Source: Clostridia bacterium (lineage in GTDB: Bacteria > Bacillota > Clostridia > Oscillospirales > CAG-272). From it: 64,000 nucleotides of DNA. The stretch is from contig JAFUJB010000016.1 in NCBI GenBank assembly GCA_017473865.1, positions 135,476 to 199,475 on the forward strand, in the 5' to 3' direction. A program made the position numbers and the translations under genes. Below the pieces are notes generated by a model that worked only from the letters and a program-made list of their open reading frames with translations, searched no databases and was not told the DNA's origin. Below are positions 18,701 to 25,461 of this stretch, piece after piece; position 1 is the stretch's first letter, and each line of letters starts with the position of its first letter.

Positions 18701-19341
18701 CCGAGTTTTCCGGTTAGTTTATCACTTGTAAACACATCGGTATCATTTAATTTCTTTCCTATAACAGAAGTGTTTGAAACAGACAAACTTTTGGAATGTG
18801 CTGAGACAAGAGAATCGTTTTTTTCAATAACAATATTAGCTTTATTGGAAGAGAAGGTATTTAGTTGTGTCATCTTTCCGTTTTCAAGTTTTGTTGCGGA
18901 AAGTCCCCACGAAAATACCTTGCCATTATACATTAGGGATGCAAGGGAGTTGGATGTTGGACTGTTTGCAAATGATACGGGGAAGTTGCTTGCTTCGTTA
19001 ATAATGCGAGAAGACTTACTATCAAGCGAAAGGCGGTTATCAACCTCTTCCCACGTTCCGTTTTCATTTAAATAGTGTACTGCTTCCGGATAAGAAACTG
19101 CAACAAAACTGCCGTCAGACAGAAGGTAGTGTTTTTCAAATTCTCCTCGTCTTGAGGTGTCCTCTGCTATAATGACCGCATCATTAAGTTCGCTTGGGGC
19201 GGCTGTAGATATATTTGAGCTTCCCGTTGAGGCGATTGCATAACCTGGGAACGATGTTAGCAGAAGTGAAAAAAGAAGCGTTATTATTACACTTTTATAT
19301 AGTACACGCTTTTTGTGTGAATGGTAATTTTTATTAATCAT
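15730..19341 (-). CDS. secreted multidomain protein: DNRLRE-type module, two ricin-type beta-trefoil lectin modules, a Big_2-like Ig domain, and an uncharacterised C-terminal domain (polymorphic-toxin-like)
   Basis: AGGAGG RBS and Sec signal ..LLLTSFPGYAIA. AQVYKVSSAWNASTLTYANQPS; QxW-type motifs AQHWF, YQKWM, IRWKI, CVWRI; VTVTATHKVTGRILTFTVTVS. The last 277 aa are unassigned. Confidence 0.75.
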   Translation of the reverse strand: MINKNYHSHKKRVLYKSVIITLLFSLLLTSFPGYAIASTGSSNISTAAPSELNDAVIIAEDTSRRGEFEKHYLLSDGSFVAVSYPEAVHYLNENGTWEEVDNRLSLDSKSSRIINEASNFPVSFANSPTSNSLASLMYNGKVFSWGLSATKLENGKMTQLNTFSSNKANIVIEKNDSLVSAHSKSLSVSNTSVIGKKLNDTDVFTSDKLTGKLGYGNLFEDAPELSVEYSVYHNKIEEDIFINAPTDLRAFTMNIQAGGLVARLNDDGSVDFLDENGNMQYRIGIPYMEDANHEVLNDIEVTVNQKGNNYTVTYTPDAEWLTSDARAYPILLDPSITTKEYNSNIIDTYVYEGNTANHSAEQRLYYGVKSGKVYRIYIKINNLPNIDANMPVLDATMQLNFVSGTTTGKTAQVYKVSSAWNASTLTYANQPSILSSNLLTTCAYNSSLSYLTFDLTQDVTALYDEFQAAVNNGYVVKYGDESTVNPDYNIFHSIESTTTSSRPVITINYGYALPSSLTNGSVYSFQNYGSYSYMTVHNGSNANDVNVYQQDVYPASNLGAQHKFKLEYVPSTGGYYLRAMCSSGGTNRVLDIVKSNGYVNNGGNVQIYAANDPLAQHWFIIGTGDYTFKIVPRTDMSLALTVCPGGDGSSSGTTTTSVGNIFVSTYNDTNDYQKWMIQDENGNLMLGSSQIVQNGTYYLNNKNYGKYLHKSSTYVADAVSGLISTYENTIRWKITHVGNDAYTIQSSDDLTKYLYSGNSTSVSLTTMSSITNNYLWTIYNAPGGGILIQNVATQAYLKQTGTNTVSAASSLGTSGTTAYDSCVWRIASTTFYGNNGSTTNAELSIHSSIPNTTICVGETKSFYVDQFLGNELWCSTASDFSYSITPVGNISISSGEILAEAQGLVTVTATHKVTGRILTFTVTVSNLLVYQTRNRERLGFNDSQDDNDITPIIAEDLEYGEKSTETITSNGTSISMSDLYTNGTIIPLSERIEIIKTFFNIQISYDGTFGSILDEMVDHFVEGSGNDYSNSDLTYAVKTHANTVNYIDGVVDLIKEYLAQNNGDISGLYYDPDLWVHPIQRKNHRLVSRMIDEGLLLPTYGLSNGVPGLTLAINGWHGNKIEIESYTTNGNSYSGTIRVVFYDHFGLDTLDLTEEKFLNYTPGIFSGFRQWYILQHWDSLGATPQPKPYVTIASYTVQFSGTL

Positions 19342-19413
19342 AATATCCTCCTAAAAATTTGTTTAATTATCTCTTGTGATAGGTGAACATCCCTCGTCTT
19401 TTTGGGGAATAAA

Positions 19414-19455
19414 AAACGCACACCTAACCGCGTCAATGCGCGGTAGATGTACGTT
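19414..19455 (-). terminator. intrinsic terminator between a leader sORF and the 1203-aa gene
   Basis: Minus strand: ACGUACAUCUACCGCG-CAUUGA-CGCGGUUAGGUGUGCGU followed by UUUUUUAUU. Confidence 0.7.
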
Positions 19456-19533
19456 TTATAAAACAAATTTCGGAAAATATTTTTGAAAAGGTAGATGTGT
19501 AGCTCTGTGAATAGTCGGACCTCGAGTTGTCAT
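19456..19533 (-). CDS. 25-codon leader sORF (MTTRGPTIHRATHLPFQKYFPKFVL); may be a gene remnant
   Basis: Starts at the same distance from the same RBS/promoter module as CDS 14198-14641. Not in the ORF track because it is under 60 aa. Confidence 0.3.
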   Translation of the reverse strand: MTTRGPTIHRATHLPFQKYFPKFVL

Positions 19534-19568
19534 GCTAAATTTCTCCTTGTATTATGATTTGTGTGTGT

Positions 19569-19597
19569 ATTATACCACACATTCTATTGCTTGTCAA
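19569..19597 (-). promoter_or_regulatory. consensus sigma-A promoter (extended -10) upstream of the leader sORF and toxin-like operon
   Basis: Minus strand: TTGACA (19597-19592), 17 nt, TGgTATAAT (-10 at 19574-19569). The module 19534-19642 is homologous to 14642-14751. Confidence 0.75.
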
Positions 19598-19744
19598 TGA
19601 ATTTATGTTAATTTGTGGCAAAAATAACACAAAGGGGTGTTTCTGGTCTTTTGAGAACAAAAATACTACCAAGGGATTTTGTATAAACCCCTTTTCGGCA
19701 ATATATTTTGGCTCGCGCCTTTATTATTTTTTGTCCTATTATCA

Positions 19745-19792
19745 AAGTTTTGAGGGAGTCAAGAGGGTACTTTTTCAAAAGTGCCCTCTTGT
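19745..19792. repeat. hairpin module AAGTTTTGAGGGAGTCAAGAGGG.AC-TTTTTCAAAA-GT.CCCTCTTGT
   Basis: A second copy lies at 49782-49829. Confidence 0.7.
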
Positions 19793-19912
19793 ATATTTAA
19801 TAAAAAGTTGGTATAATAACCGTAGTTAACCCAAAACATCCCCACTCAACCAACGGTGTGTAGACTGTTTGCACCCAAAGTGTTACACTTATTACAGAAA
19901 GGAGTGAGCGCA

Positions 19913-20524
19913 ATGGATCAAGTAAAAATCGGAAGATTTATTGCCGAAAGAAGAAAGACGAAGGGACTTACCCAGATGCAGCTGGCGGAAATGCTGAACA
20001 TAACCGACAGAGCGGTATCAAAATGGGAAACGGGAAAGTCGATGCCCGATTCGTCAATAATGCTTGAATTGTGCAAAATTCTTGGAATAAGCGTAACTGA
20101 ATTGTTATGTGGGGAGGTTATTGAAATGGAAAATTACGACAGGGAAGCCGAAAAAAACCTGCTTGAAATGGTAAGGCAAAAAGAAGAGGCGGACAAAAAA
20201 CTGCTTCGTATGGAAATTATAACGGGTATAATTTGCCTTATCCCGTTGCTTGTTGCAGTAATAATTGTTTCAGCGGTTCAAATGGAGGAATGGCTCGGAG
20301 GGGTAATCGCCGGCACGAGCGTTATTCCGTTATTGGTCGCAACGCCTTTTATGATCCGTATCGAGCAGACGGCAGGATATTACAAGTGCCAAAGATGCGG
20401 ACACGTGCACATACCGAAATATTCAAGCGTATTTATGGCGATGCACATGGGCAGAACGAGATATATGAAATGCCCCGAATGTAGAAAATGGTCGTGGCAG
20501 AAAAAAGTTATATCGAAAGATTAA
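19913..20524 (+). CDS. membrane-anchored XRE-family HTH regulator with a C-terminal zinc ribbon
   Basis: AGGAG RBS then ATG at 19913. HTH LTQMQLAEMLNITDRAVSKWETGKSMP, two TM segments, CQRCG..CPEC. Confidence 0.75.
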   Translation: MDQVKIGRFIAERRKTKGLTQMQLAEMLNITDRAVSKWETGKSMPDSSIMLELCKILGISVTELLCGEVIEMENYDREAEKNLLEMVRQKEEADKKLLRMEIITGIICLIPLLVAVIIVSAVQMEEWLGGVIAGTSVIPLLVATPFMIRIEQTAGYYKCQRCGHVHIPKYSSVFMAMHMGRTRYMKCPECRKWSWQKKVISKD

Positions 20525-20558
20525 AAAAGACGTATGGGTTTGCCCATACGTTTTTTTG
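20525..20558 (+). terminator. rho-independent terminator
   Basis: ACGTATGGG-TTTG-CCCATACGT followed by T7. Confidence 0.85.
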
Positions 20559-20648
20559 TAAAATAAAAACCACGCTAAGTCTATGTGGTTTGACAGAGGT
20601 TAACTGTTGAGGGAAAAAATAATACAAATAAAAAGGGTTTGTGTCAAA

Positions 20649-20800
20649 GGCTCCCTCCGGGAGGGAGCTGGATTTTGCGAAGCAAAAGACTGAGGGAGAG
20701 CGCGTTATGTTGAAAATATTATATACTGTAAGTTGCGCAGGCTCCTTCCACCACTTCGTGGTCCCCCTTCCTCCCGGAGGAAGGCTTTTATTACAACCCG
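20649..20800 (+). repeat. 152-bp multi-hairpin module, copy 2
   Basis: Direct repeat of 13813-13964. The track ORF 20641-20910 lies inside it. Confidence 0.8.
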
Positions 20801-21090
20801 CTATGCAGGAAGTTTTTTATTCATGCAACAAAATACGGACAGTATATGAAAACTGTAATAAAATAAAGAGTAGGATGTGTTTGTTTTTTTACTACATATT
20901 GTTGGTGTAAACAATGGTTTACAAAATCACACTAAAAGCTTGGCGAATTGTAAGGAAAATTGTAGGTTATTTAAGCCTATGACAACTTTCATTGACAAAA
21001 ACATTATACAAAAGTTGATTGAATTCGCGGCGTTTTTTTGGTAATATAAAAGTGTTATATTATAATAACTAAACAAGGAGAGGTTTTGAA

Positions 21091-22701
21091 ATGACTATAG
21101 GACAAAAAATTACGCAGTTGCGCGAGAGTATGAATATGTCGCAGGAGCAGCTTGCTGAGAAAATTGATGTGTCAAGGCAGTCTGTTTCAAAATGGGAAAT
21201 GGATCATTCAACACCACAGATGGATAAGGTGTTGCAGATGTGCGAGCTTTTCAACGTAACGGCTGACGAGCTCTTGAGAGAATCTGTTTCTCTTGCAAAA
21301 AGTGAAATTAAGAATAAATACTTTGGAACTGACGGCTTCAGAGGAGAGGCAAACGTCGGTCTTACCTCAATGCAGGCTTACAAGGTTGGCCGTTTCCTCG
21401 GATGGTATTACGCAAATTCCCTTTCGGGATGTACAAAATCGGGCTACCGTCCGAGAATAGTAATTGGTAAGGATACGCGCCGTTCAAGCTATATGTTTGA
21501 ATATTCAATTGTCGCAGGACTTATCGCGTCGGGCGCAGATGCTTATATGCTTCACGTAACAACTACACCGAGCGTATCTTATATTACGCGCGCGGATGAG
21601 TTTGATTGCGGAATAATGATTACAGCATCCCATAACCCGTTCTATGATAACGGTATAAAGGTTATAAACAGATGGGGTGAAAAGCTCGACGACAGATCAA
21701 CGGCTTTGATCGAGGCTTATATCGACGGAAGATTGGGTGAGCTGGGCGTATCGGGAGCAGATCTTCCCCTCGCACAGCGTGAAAGAATCGGATGTATCGT
21801 GGATTACGTTTCGGGCAGAAACCGTTACGTAGGATATTTGATTTCCTTGGCAAGCCATTCGTATAAAAATCTTAAGATCGGTCTTGACTGTGCAAACGGA
21901 GCGTCATGGATGATTGCCCGCGCGGTTTTTGATGCGCTGGGAGCTCAGACTGTTGTAATCGGCGATCAGCCCGACGGTCTCAACGTAAACGAAAATTGCG
22001 GTTCAACGCATATCGAAAGACTTTGCGCCCTTGTCAAAGAACAGCACCTTGACGTAGGCTTTGCTTTCGACGGCGACTGCGACAGATGTATTGCCGTAGA
22101 TGAAAACGGCGCTATTGTCGACGGCGACGCTATAATGTACATTCTCGGAAAACGTTTGCAGTCTAGGGGTATGCTCAATCAGAATACCGTCGTTGCTACG
22201 ATAATGTCAAACAGCGGTCTTTTCTCGGGCTTGAAAAAATTGGGCATAAAGTGCGAACAGACGGCTGTAGGAGACAGATTTGTATACGAGTGTATGCAGG
22301 AAAATGATTATAGTCTCGGCGGCGAGCAGTCCGGTCATATTATATTAAAGAAATATGCAACTACAGGCGATGGAATACTTACGGCAATTATGCTTACCGA
22401 GGAAATATGCGACAGTAAGCAGAAGTTGTCCAAGCTGAGAGAAGCGGTAGTGCTTTATCCTCAGTACATTAAAAACGTCAGAGTCAAGGACAAAGAAGCT
22501 GTAATGAACGACAGCGAAGTTAAGCTTGCTTTCGAACAGGTACAAAGTGAAATAGGCGAAAACGGCAGAGCTCTTTTGAGAAAGAGCGGTACAGAACCCG
22601 TTGTACGTGTAATGATTGAGTTTGAAGATGAAGAAAAATGCGTAGAATACGCAGACAGAATTTGTCAGGTTATTGCACAAAGGGGGCATACAGTTGAATA
22701 A
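21091..22701 (+). CDS. glmM: phosphoglucosamine mutase with an N-terminal XRE-type HTH domain (fusion protein)
   Basis: AAGGAGAGG RBS. Residues 1-65 form the HTH (MSQEQLAEKIDVSRQSVSKWE). From KYFGTDGFRGEAN onward it is a full GlmM: TASHNPFYDNGIK, FDGDCDR, GGEQSGH, RKSGTEPVVRVMIE. Confidence 0.85.
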   Translation: MTIGQKITQLRESMNMSQEQLAEKIDVSRQSVSKWEMDHSTPQMDKVLQMCELFNVTADELLRESVSLAKSEIKNKYFGTDGFRGEANVGLTSMQAYKVGRFLGWYYANSLSGCTKSGYRPRIVIGKDTRRSSYMFEYSIVAGLIASGADAYMLHVTTTPSVSYITRADEFDCGIMITASHNPFYDNGIKVINRWGEKLDDRSTALIEAYIDGRLGELGVSGADLPLAQRERIGCIVDYVSGRNRYVGYLISLASHSYKNLKIGLDCANGASWMIARAVFDALGAQTVVIGDQPDGLNVNENCGSTHIERLCALVKEQHLDVGFAFDGDCDRCIAVDENGAIVDGDAIMYILGKRLQSRGMLNQNTVVATIMSNSGLFSGLKKLGIKCEQTAVGDRFVYECMQENDYSLGGEQSGHIILKKYATTGDGILTAIMLTEEICDSKQKLSKLREAVVLYPQYIKNVRVKDKEAVMNDSEVKLAFEQVQSEIGENGRALLRKSGTEPVVRVMIEFEDEEKCVEYADRICQVIAQRGHTVE

Positions 22702-23353
22702 CATAAAGACTCAAGATCTTTTTGATTGTAAAAATGAGTATATTAAGCCTCTGTTAGAAGAATCTGTATATCCTTGGGAAGTGCTTCCGAAGATTAAAGC
22801 ATATATAGCTATGCTTGTGGAAAACGGAATAGAAGGATTTACTCTGTACCAAGAGGGAGTGCTCGTCGGAGAAGGTGTAAAGATACACAAAAGCGCTGTC
22901 ATAGAACCGCCTGCTGTTATCGGAGCCGGAACAGAGATAAGACCGGGCGCGTATATACGCGGAAACGTTATCGTAGGCGAAAAATGTGTAATAGGTAATT
23001 CAAGCGAATTGAAAAACTGCGTTCTTCTCGATCGCGTACAGGTTCCGCACTATAACTACGTAGGAGATTCCGTTCTCGGAAATTACTCTCATATGGGCGC
23101 GGGCTCAATATGCTCAAACCTTAAGGCAGACGGCAAAAATATAGTAATCCACGGAGAAACGGAAATTGAAACGGGACTGAGAAAAATCGGCGGAATACTT
23201 GGTGATCACGCTGACGTAGGCTGCTCCTGTGTGCTTAACCCCGGAACTGTTATCGGTAAAAATACTACGGTATATCCGCTTACTTCGGTTAGAGGCGTTA
23301 TTCCCGCGGATTCTATTGTGAAAAGTATGAATAATATCGTAAAACGAATTTAA
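22694..23353 (+). CDS. left-handed beta-helix (hexapeptide repeat) protein, GlmU C-terminal/acyltransferase-like
   Basis: Hexapeptide repeats (IGAGTEIRPGAYIRGNVIVGEKCVIG..). TTG at 22694 follows GGGGG by 7 nt. An alternative TTG lies at 22673. Confidence 0.6.
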   Translation: MNNIKTQDLFDCKNEYIKPLLEESVYPWEVLPKIKAYIAMLVENGIEGFTLYQEGVLVGEGVKIHKSAVIEPPAVIGAGTEIRPGAYIRGNVIVGEKCVIGNSSELKNCVLLDRVQVPHYNYVGDSVLGNYSHMGAGSICSNLKADGKNIVIHGETEIETGLRKIGGILGDHADVGCSCVLNPGTVIGKNTTVYPLTSVRGVIPADSIVKSMNNIVKRI

Positions 23354-23383
23354 AAAAGTGTGGGTTTTCCCACACTTTTTTTA
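23352..23383 (+). terminator. rho-independent terminator
   Basis: GTGTGGG-TTTT-CCCACAC followed by T7. Confidence 0.85.
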
Positions 23384-23393
23384 TATGGTGCAA

Positions 23394-24080
23394 AGAGTCA
23401 GGGAGTTGCCCTGAACCCCTCCCGCTTTTTGAAAAAAGCGGGGCAAAAACTTTACAACATTGGTTTATCTAAACATTATTGTCTATGCAAACCCATTATC
23501 CCTGCGGAGTGGCGGCAAAAGTACCCTTTTGAAACCGCAAAAACTTTTCAATACGGCTTCTGTAAATATGGTAGGGGGTTAACGGGGCGTCGAAATAGGG
23601 GTTCCCCGAAACGCACGAAGTAAGTTTTGGGGGTTCTCGTGTGCGTCGCCCCCTACAAATCAGGTAATATTGTCTCCGCAGACCCATAGGTCGTGCGGCG
23701 TTGCCGCCTTTCCTTAAAAGAAAGTAAGTGCCAAGCTTTTTTTAAGGAATATGGGGATGTAATAGGTTAATTAAACAACAAAAAAGGTATGGCGTAAAAG
23801 GATACACCATACCCATGTTGCAAGTTTTTTTGCCCCGCTTCGCTTTAAATGGGGCGTCGAGGACGTCGCCCCCTACCAATTAGGCAATATTATCTCCGCA
23901 GATCCATAGGCCCTGCCGCGTGGCGGCCTTTCCTTAAAAGAAAGTAGGTGTCAAGCTTTTTTAAGGAATATGGGGATGTAACAAGTAAATTAAACAACAA
24001 AAAAGGTATGGCATAAAGGGATATGCCATACCCAAGTTGCAAGTTTTTTGCCAAGCTTTTTTTCAAAAAAGCGGGAAAGT
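23394..24080. repeat. BIME-like mosaic repeat cluster including two tandem ~190-bp units (23644-23834 and 23864-24052, period 220 bp)
   Basis: Shares modules with 2159-2427 and 49391-49860. Contains REP copies and hairpins GGTATGGC..GCCATACC. Confidence 0.8.
23851..23876 (-). repeat. REP-like element, variant 1 (GGGGCGTCGAGGACGTCGCCCC+CTAC)
   Basis: Imperfect palindrome (8 bp plus a T:T mismatch, loop AGGA) with a GTAG/CTAC foot. Same 26-mer as inside the RayT genes at 26.5 and 34.8 kb. Confidence 0.75.
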
Positions 24081-24083
24081 AGA

Positions 24084-25121
24084 TTAGTTTCTGCCCCAGA
24101 TGCAGTCTTCAGCGAACTGTTCAGCGATAACGCCTTCGGGAATGCCTGTAGACTTAGACTCAGTAAGGATACGTTCAACGGTATTGTAGATATTGTAAAC
24201 CTTCTTAAGAACTTCTTCTTCGTTGTAGTTGCCTGCAGCTTCGCCAGCCGCGTTAATTACGCCGCCTGCGTTAATGATGAAGTCAGGAGCGTAAGCAATG
24301 CCTCTTGCCTTAAGAGCTTCGCCGGAAGCGAGGTCAAGGATAACGTTGTTAGCGGCACCTGCAATTGCCTTACAGTTGAAGTTAGGAATTGTTGTGGGGT
24401 TAACAACTGCGCCCATAGCACAGGGAGCGAGGATATCGCATTCCTGAGAAAGAATCTTGTCTGCGGGAACAATTTCTGCACCGAACTTATCGCGGAGCTC
24501 TTCGAGGGGAGCCATATTGTTACGGTTAGAAACGTAGAGTTTTGCACCTTCTTTTGCGAGGTGGTGGCAAAGGTCGAAACCAACCTTACCGATACCCTGA
24601 ACGGCAATCTTCATACCATTGAGGTTATCTGTGCCGAAAACTACCTTTGCGGTAGCCTTAATACCCTGCCAAGTACCGATAGCGGTATAGGGCGAGGGGT
24701 CGCCGCTGATGTGGGGAAGACCGCAGATGTATTTGGTCTTTCTAGCCATAATGAGAGCGTCGTCGCAGTCTGTGTTAACGTCTTCAGCTGTGATGTAGCA
24801 GCCGCCGAGAGCGTTTACAGCTTCAGCGAAAGCTTCGAACATAGCTTCTGTCTTCTGTGAGGGGTCAGCAATAATAACACCCTTACCGCCGCCGAAGTCA
24901 AGACCTGCAGCAGCATTCTTGTGAGACATACCGCGCGAGAGACGAAGTACGTCAAAGAGAGCATCGTCGCTTGATGCATAGGGATAAAGTCGGCAACCGC
25001 CGATGGCAGGGCCTCTCACTGTATTATGTACTGCAATAATTGCCTGAAGGCCTGCTTTTTCGTTGTTTACGAACAATACTTTTTCATGTCCGCGTTCAAC
25101 CATAGTTTCCATAAGTTTCAA
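24084..25121 (-). CDS. leucine (Glu/Leu/Phe/Val family) dehydrogenase
   Basis: GGCRLYPY, GLDFGGGKGVI, Rossmann GIGKVG. Start uncertain: TTG at 25121 after GAGGTG; the ORF is open to 25130. Confidence 0.8.
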   Translation of the reverse strand: MKLMETMVERGHEKVLFVNNEKAGLQAIIAVHNTVRGPAIGGCRLYPYASSDDALFDVLRLSRGMSHKNAAAGLDFGGGKGVIIADPSQKTEAMFEAFAEAVNALGGCYITAEDVNTDCDDALIMARKTKYICGLPHISGDPSPYTAIGTWQGIKATAKVVFGTDNLNGMKIAVQGIGKVGFDLCHHLAKEGAKLYVSNRNNMAPLEELRDKFGAEIVPADKILSQECDILAPCAMGAVVNPTTIPNFNCKAIAGAANNVILDLASGEALKARGIAYAPDFIINAGGVINAAGEAAGNYNEEEVLKKVYNIYNTVERILTESKSTGIPEGVIAEQFAEDCIWGRN

Positions 25122-25461
25122 AGGAATCACCTCTTAGAAAAAATTAAAATCATATCAAAGATATGGAAAAACAAGCGTAATTAAACGTCAAATAAAGCTA
25201 TTAAGTAATACTGATTTCTTCCATACAAAAAATATGGAAATATTTTATCACAACTTTTTTTATATTGCAATATTTTTTGCGTAAAAAAATTGCAATTTTT
25301 CTATGTTTTTTGTGATTAACAACCGTATATATGATATAATGGAATTGCTCATAAAACTGAGCAGTAAAATTAACGAAAAACGGTTAAATTAAAATTACGT
25401 ATCAATTTGAAATTATTTTGTTTTTATAGTATAATATAAAAACAATAAGGAGGTAATACAA

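Noticed and set aside
15730-19341. The 1203-aa protein as a substrate of the class B sortase at 47645-48643
   Set aside because: Its C-terminus (..TVQFSGTL) has no sorting motif, hydrophobic stretch or positive tail. The genes are 28 kb apart.
13483-20800. Prophage or integrative element at tRNA-Ser
   Set aside because: No integrase, recombinase, phage or conjugation genes lie in the block. It is reported only as a compositional and repeat-bounded islet.
20641-20910. 89-aa ORF (also 13556-13918, 13783-14004 and 14774-14977 on the minus strand) giving peptides such as LPPGGRGTTKWWKEPA
   Set aside because: They lie entirely within the repeated hairpin modules. They have no RBS, and the reading frames are by-products of GC-rich palindromes.
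23360-23687. Short ORFs inside the BIME-like clusters (23360-23623, 23496-23687, 23990-24178, 49089-49520, 49468-49704, 49562-49864, 2320-2538, 1932-2261)
   Set aside because: They are made of mosaic palindromic repeats, with peptides such as MLQGFFAYFLS recurring wherever the module recurs. No translation signals.
24048-24860. Long antisense ORFs (24048-24860 +, 36981-37592 +, 399-1358 -, 12296-12916 -, 11791-12321 -, 12895-13266 -, 52339-52980 +, 57079-57651 -, 46441-47025 -)
   Set aside because: Each lies opposite a gene with clear family motifs. They have odd composition (Cys/Phe/Ser-rich), no RBS and no recognisable motifs.
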